64,000 nt of DNA from the NCBI RefSeq assembly GCF_009914755.1, contig NC_060943.1. One strand, written 5' to 3'. Positions 57,869 through 64,000 of the stretch are shown here, in pieces; within the stretch, counting starts at the first letter, position 1; each line of letters starts with the position of its first letter. The position numbers and the translations under genes are program-made. Source of the DNA: the human T2T-CHM13v2.0 reference genome, Homo sapiens. The notes below the pieces were generated by a model. That model saw only the letters and a list, made by a program, of their open reading frames with translations, did no database searches and was not told the origin of the DNA.

Positions 57869-58060
57869 GATGGCTCCTTAGCCCTCCCAGAGTCCGTCTT
57901 GGGTTCTGCAGTCCACAGATGGGAGAAGAGCTGGAGTCGTCGCTGCCTCTCTCCCACCCCAGAGTGTGGGCAGTAACAGCCTTTCCTAGCCTTTCAGTTT
58001 CCCCTCCCATATCCACATTCAGGAAACATGTTGATGTTGCTGATTGCAACATGCTCCTTA
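57869..58060 (-). promoter_or_regulatory. TARM1: TARM1 5'UTR/proximal promoter with Ets/IRF element GGAAACTGAAA (57992-58002)
   Basis: Unique sequence upstream of the ATG; motif read directly; local homology to the VSTM1 promoter. Confidence 0.6.
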
Positions 58061-58189
58061 CACACACCAGTGTTCGAGCACTTGACTCACAGGAAATGCT
58101 CCTCTGTCTCAGGCAGATTTCAGGCATCAAACAGGTAACCCCGAAAATGCTTCAGACTTGGCCCTGAAGGGTTCGTATTGAAGAGATGA

Positions 58190-58381
<192 letters not shown>

Positions 58382-58561
58382 TAAGATGAGGTTTCACAAG
58401 TTAGCTGGGCTAGTCTTGAACTCCTCGCCTCAAGTGATCCACCTGCCTCGGCCTCCCAAACTGCTGGGATTACAGGCATGAGCCACTGTGCCAGGCCTTC
58501 ATCACCATTTTTTTTTTTTCTTTTGAGACAGAGTTCCACTCTTTCGCCCAGGCTGGAGTGA

Positions 58562-58865
<304 letters not shown>

Positions 58866-59141
58866 TAAGAACCATTTTAAAAATAATATAAGCACCACAG
58901 CACTGTCACATCAAGAAAGTTAAGAGTACCTCCTTGATACCAGCTAATACCCATTCAGTACTCAAATTTCCCTGATTGTCTCAAAAATGTCATTTCTATC
59001 AGGTTTTTAAAGAATAAATCAGGATCCAATAAAAGTCTACAGATTGCATTTGATAATTATGTTAATTTAGCCTGGCGCAGTGGCTCATGCCTGTAATCCC
59101 AACACTTTGGGAGACCGGGGCAGGTAGATAACCTGAGGTCA

Positions 59142-59405
<264 letters not shown>

Positions 59406-60212
59406 TTAAAATAAGAAATCAAGCAAGTTAGTTTTTAACCATGTTTTTTTTCATCTTGCATTTGGAAGAAGAGCAAAATGCCCCGAAGTCTCGTTTTTGT
59501 TTTCGGATTTTTTGTCTTGATAGCACCTACTCTTCTTACTGTTTTGGAACATAGAAAAGTCAACAAGGCAACAAATTATAAGGAGTAAAACCAACTATAA
59601 TTACAGGTGTTTCTTTGAAAGTTATTTTCACAAGATGTGGCAATGATTTTTAAAGGCTTGGGACTCTTACAAGACCCTTTTGTTCAAATAACAGTTTTGT
59701 GTATGAATTTATTTCAACAGAGAACAATTTAGTAATGTTTGTGAATATTCATTTAGTTCTCCATATTGTACCAGAAAACAAGACTGATATTCTTGTGAAT
59801 CTTCTCAATTCAACTCTTTATCAAATCAGATTCCTTAAATTAGTGTTGTGACTCAGAAAAAATCTTTCTCCTTATGCAGTATCAGGGAAAAGAGGACATC
59901 TCCTATATTTCTTCTTAACATCTCTGTTGCTAACAAGGAATATGCATATTTTAAAACTAGGCTCTGGAATTTTATCAGTCAACAGGAAAGGCCTGGTAAA
60001 GTTCCATTCCACTTGGAAATGAAGAAAGGAGACCCTGATTCAAAAAACGAAAAAAGAAAGAATAAAGAATAGCTTAGGGCCAGGCAAGGTGGATCACACC
60101 TGTAATCCTAAGATTTTGGGAGGTGAGGTAGGTGGAAGGCTTGATCCCAGGAGTTCAACACCAGCCTGGGCAACATGGCCTAATCCCATCTCTACAAAAA
60201 ATACAAAAATTA

Positions 60213-60395
<183 letters not shown>

Positions 60396-60559
60396 TCACT
60401 TTGTTAGGTGTTTATCACACCTAACCTTAAGAATATGTTACCAAAATAAAAAGTCTTATAGATGAAATCATATTATATCTGAGGTTTACTTTAAAATACT
60501 CCAGGAGAAAATTTAAAATAGACTTGGGGGAGGGGACTTATCTGTAGTTATCTGCACAT

Positions 60560-61860
<1,301 letters not shown>

Positions 61861-61905
61861 TATGGTCAATGGAAATAGATATATATATATTTACTGAGTG
61901 CCTGA

Positions 61906-62239
<334 letters not shown>

Positions 62240-62748
62240 TAATTTTTATAATGGGTATAGGATGAGGCCTGGGTGTCTCATTCTGTGTTTTAAATGTTCC
62301 TGGGAAATTCTAATGTGCAGTCAAGTTTGAGAACCACTGGGTTGGAACACATAACCTCCTTCCCATCTCAGACCCTGAAACATCCTGAAAACTCCTGTAT
62401 CTGGAGTTTTTCCCCCATTTTTGCTTGGCTAACTTTGACTCTTCCCTCAGAAACCAGCTTCAGAATCTTTTCTTTAGCAAAGACTTCCCTGCAAGTTCTT
62501 TAACAGCACTTATCTCAGCTGTGACAAAATCATCAATGGTGTAATTGTGTCTTTTTAATGTCTTTTCCCCTATTCTTCATAATCGTCAAAGTAAAGGATA
62601 GCTCTTCTCTCAGTCAGAACTATTAATAGATGCTGTAATGGAAATGAAACAAGACTCTCAGACTCTTGTTAAAGTAAGAAGTCTAGCAGAGTCTCAGGCT
62701 TTAATTTTTTTTTTCCGATCATAAATGTGGGAGAAAGATCATTTAACC

Positions 62749-63732
62749 TGCTGCTAAGGTTTGAATATTTGTTCCCTTGAAAACTCATGTTGAACCAGCC
62801 TGGGCAACATAGGGAGACCCTGTCTCTACAAATAATTTAAAAATTAGCCAGGTGAGGTGGCACATGCCTGTGATCCCAGCTACTCAGGAGGCTGAAGTGG
62901 GAGGATCACCTGAGCCCAGAAAGCTGAGGATGCAGTGAACCGTGATTGCACCACTGCACTCCAGCCTGTGCAACACAGTGAGACCCTGTCTCAAAAAATA
63001 AATAGGTAAATAAGCTGAGTGTGGTGGCTCACACCTGTAATCTCAGCACTTTAGGAAGCCAAGGTGGGCAGATCACATGAGGTCAGGAGTTTGAGACTAG
63101 CTGGCCAACATGATGAAACCCTGTCTCTACTAAAAATACAAAAATTACCCGGGCATGGTGGCACGTGCCTGTAATACCAGCTACTCAGGAGGCTGAGGCA
63201 GGAGAATCACTTGAACCTGGGAGGTGGAGGTTATAATGAGCTGAGATCATGCCACTGCTGTCCAGCCTGGGTGACATAGCAAGACATTGTCTCAAAAAAT
63301 ACATAAATAAATAATAAATAAATAAACTTATGGTGAAACTGAATCCCTAATGTGGCCGTATTGATAGGTCGGGCATTTAAGAGGTGATTGGGTCATGAGG
63401 ACTCTTTTCTCATGAATGAACTAATCCATTCATGGATTAATGGATTAGTGAGTTAATGGATTAATGGGTTACCCTGGGAGTGAGACTGGTGGCTTTATCA
63501 GAAGAGGAAGAGAGACTTAAGTAGCACGCTCAGCTCTTTTGCCCTGTGATGCCCTGTGCCACCTCGGAACCCTCCAGAGAGTCCCCAACAGCAAGAAGGT
63601 CCTCACCAGATGCAGCCCCTCCACCTTGGACTTTCCAACCTCCATTAACTACAGGAAATAAATTCCTTTTCTTTATAAGTTATCTGGCTTCAAGTGTTCT
63701 GTTCTAAGCAACAGAATACAGACTAAGACACA
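62749..63732 (+). mobile_element. MSTB-like MaLR LTR interrupted by two Alus
   Basis: tgctaaggtttgaatatttgttccc...aaactcatgttgaa ... aaataaattccttttctttataa...gactaagaca. Confidence 0.7.
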
Positions 63733-64000
63733 GACACCAATGCATAGCTTCTGATTTAACAGAATTGTTTTTACAAGCATTTATTCTGCTTGGAAATTCA
63801 GATGTCAATCATAAGATTGTTACCAGGGCAACAAAATATTAAGTAAGACCACCAAATGGCACCAAGGTTTCTCCTTCAAAATAATGATTGCAATACTGGC
63901 AATAATTTCTAATGTCTTTGGACTCCTACAAGATTATTTTGTGCAAATTACACTTCAAAGCACAGATTTATGGAACCACAGAATGGAACACTGGCTGCTG

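Overview
Primate (almost certainly human) genomic DNA from the 19q13.42 leukocyte receptor complex (LRC) edge. This placement is inferred from the recognised genes. Two complete minus-strand Ig-superfamily receptor genes can be built exon by exon from GT-AG sites. VSTM1/SIRL-1 has 9 coding exons (40272->17463, 711 nt = 236 aa) and is inhibitory, with two ITIM-type tyrosine motifs. TARM1 has 5 coding exons (57868->46497, 816 nt = 271 aa) and is activating, with a transmembrane Arg. The rest is repeat-dense: roughly 90-100 Alu copies or fragments by eye, L1 pieces, MaLR/ERV solo LTRs, DNA-transposon fossils and microsatellites. Almost every other ORF in the six-frame track is Alu or low-complexity noise. 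Most notable observations: (1) an intact, in-phase 294-nt second Ig-domain exon (32020-32313) inside VSTM1 intron 3, absent from canonical SIRL-1 and homologous to TARM1 D2; (2) the last 7 codons, stop, 3'UTR and polyA signal of TARM1 come from a MER41-type ERV1 LTR that sits right on a possible ancestral splice donor; (3) a STAT (GAS) motif cluster between TARM1 and VSTM1, partly LTR-borne and partly created at the junctions of a 3x ~111-bp tandem repeat; (4) homologous TARM1 and VSTM1 promoters differing at an Ets/IRF element; (5) a TSD-flanked HNRNPA3 retrocopy fragment. Repeat subfamily names are from recalled consensus sequences, and repeat boundaries are approximate.
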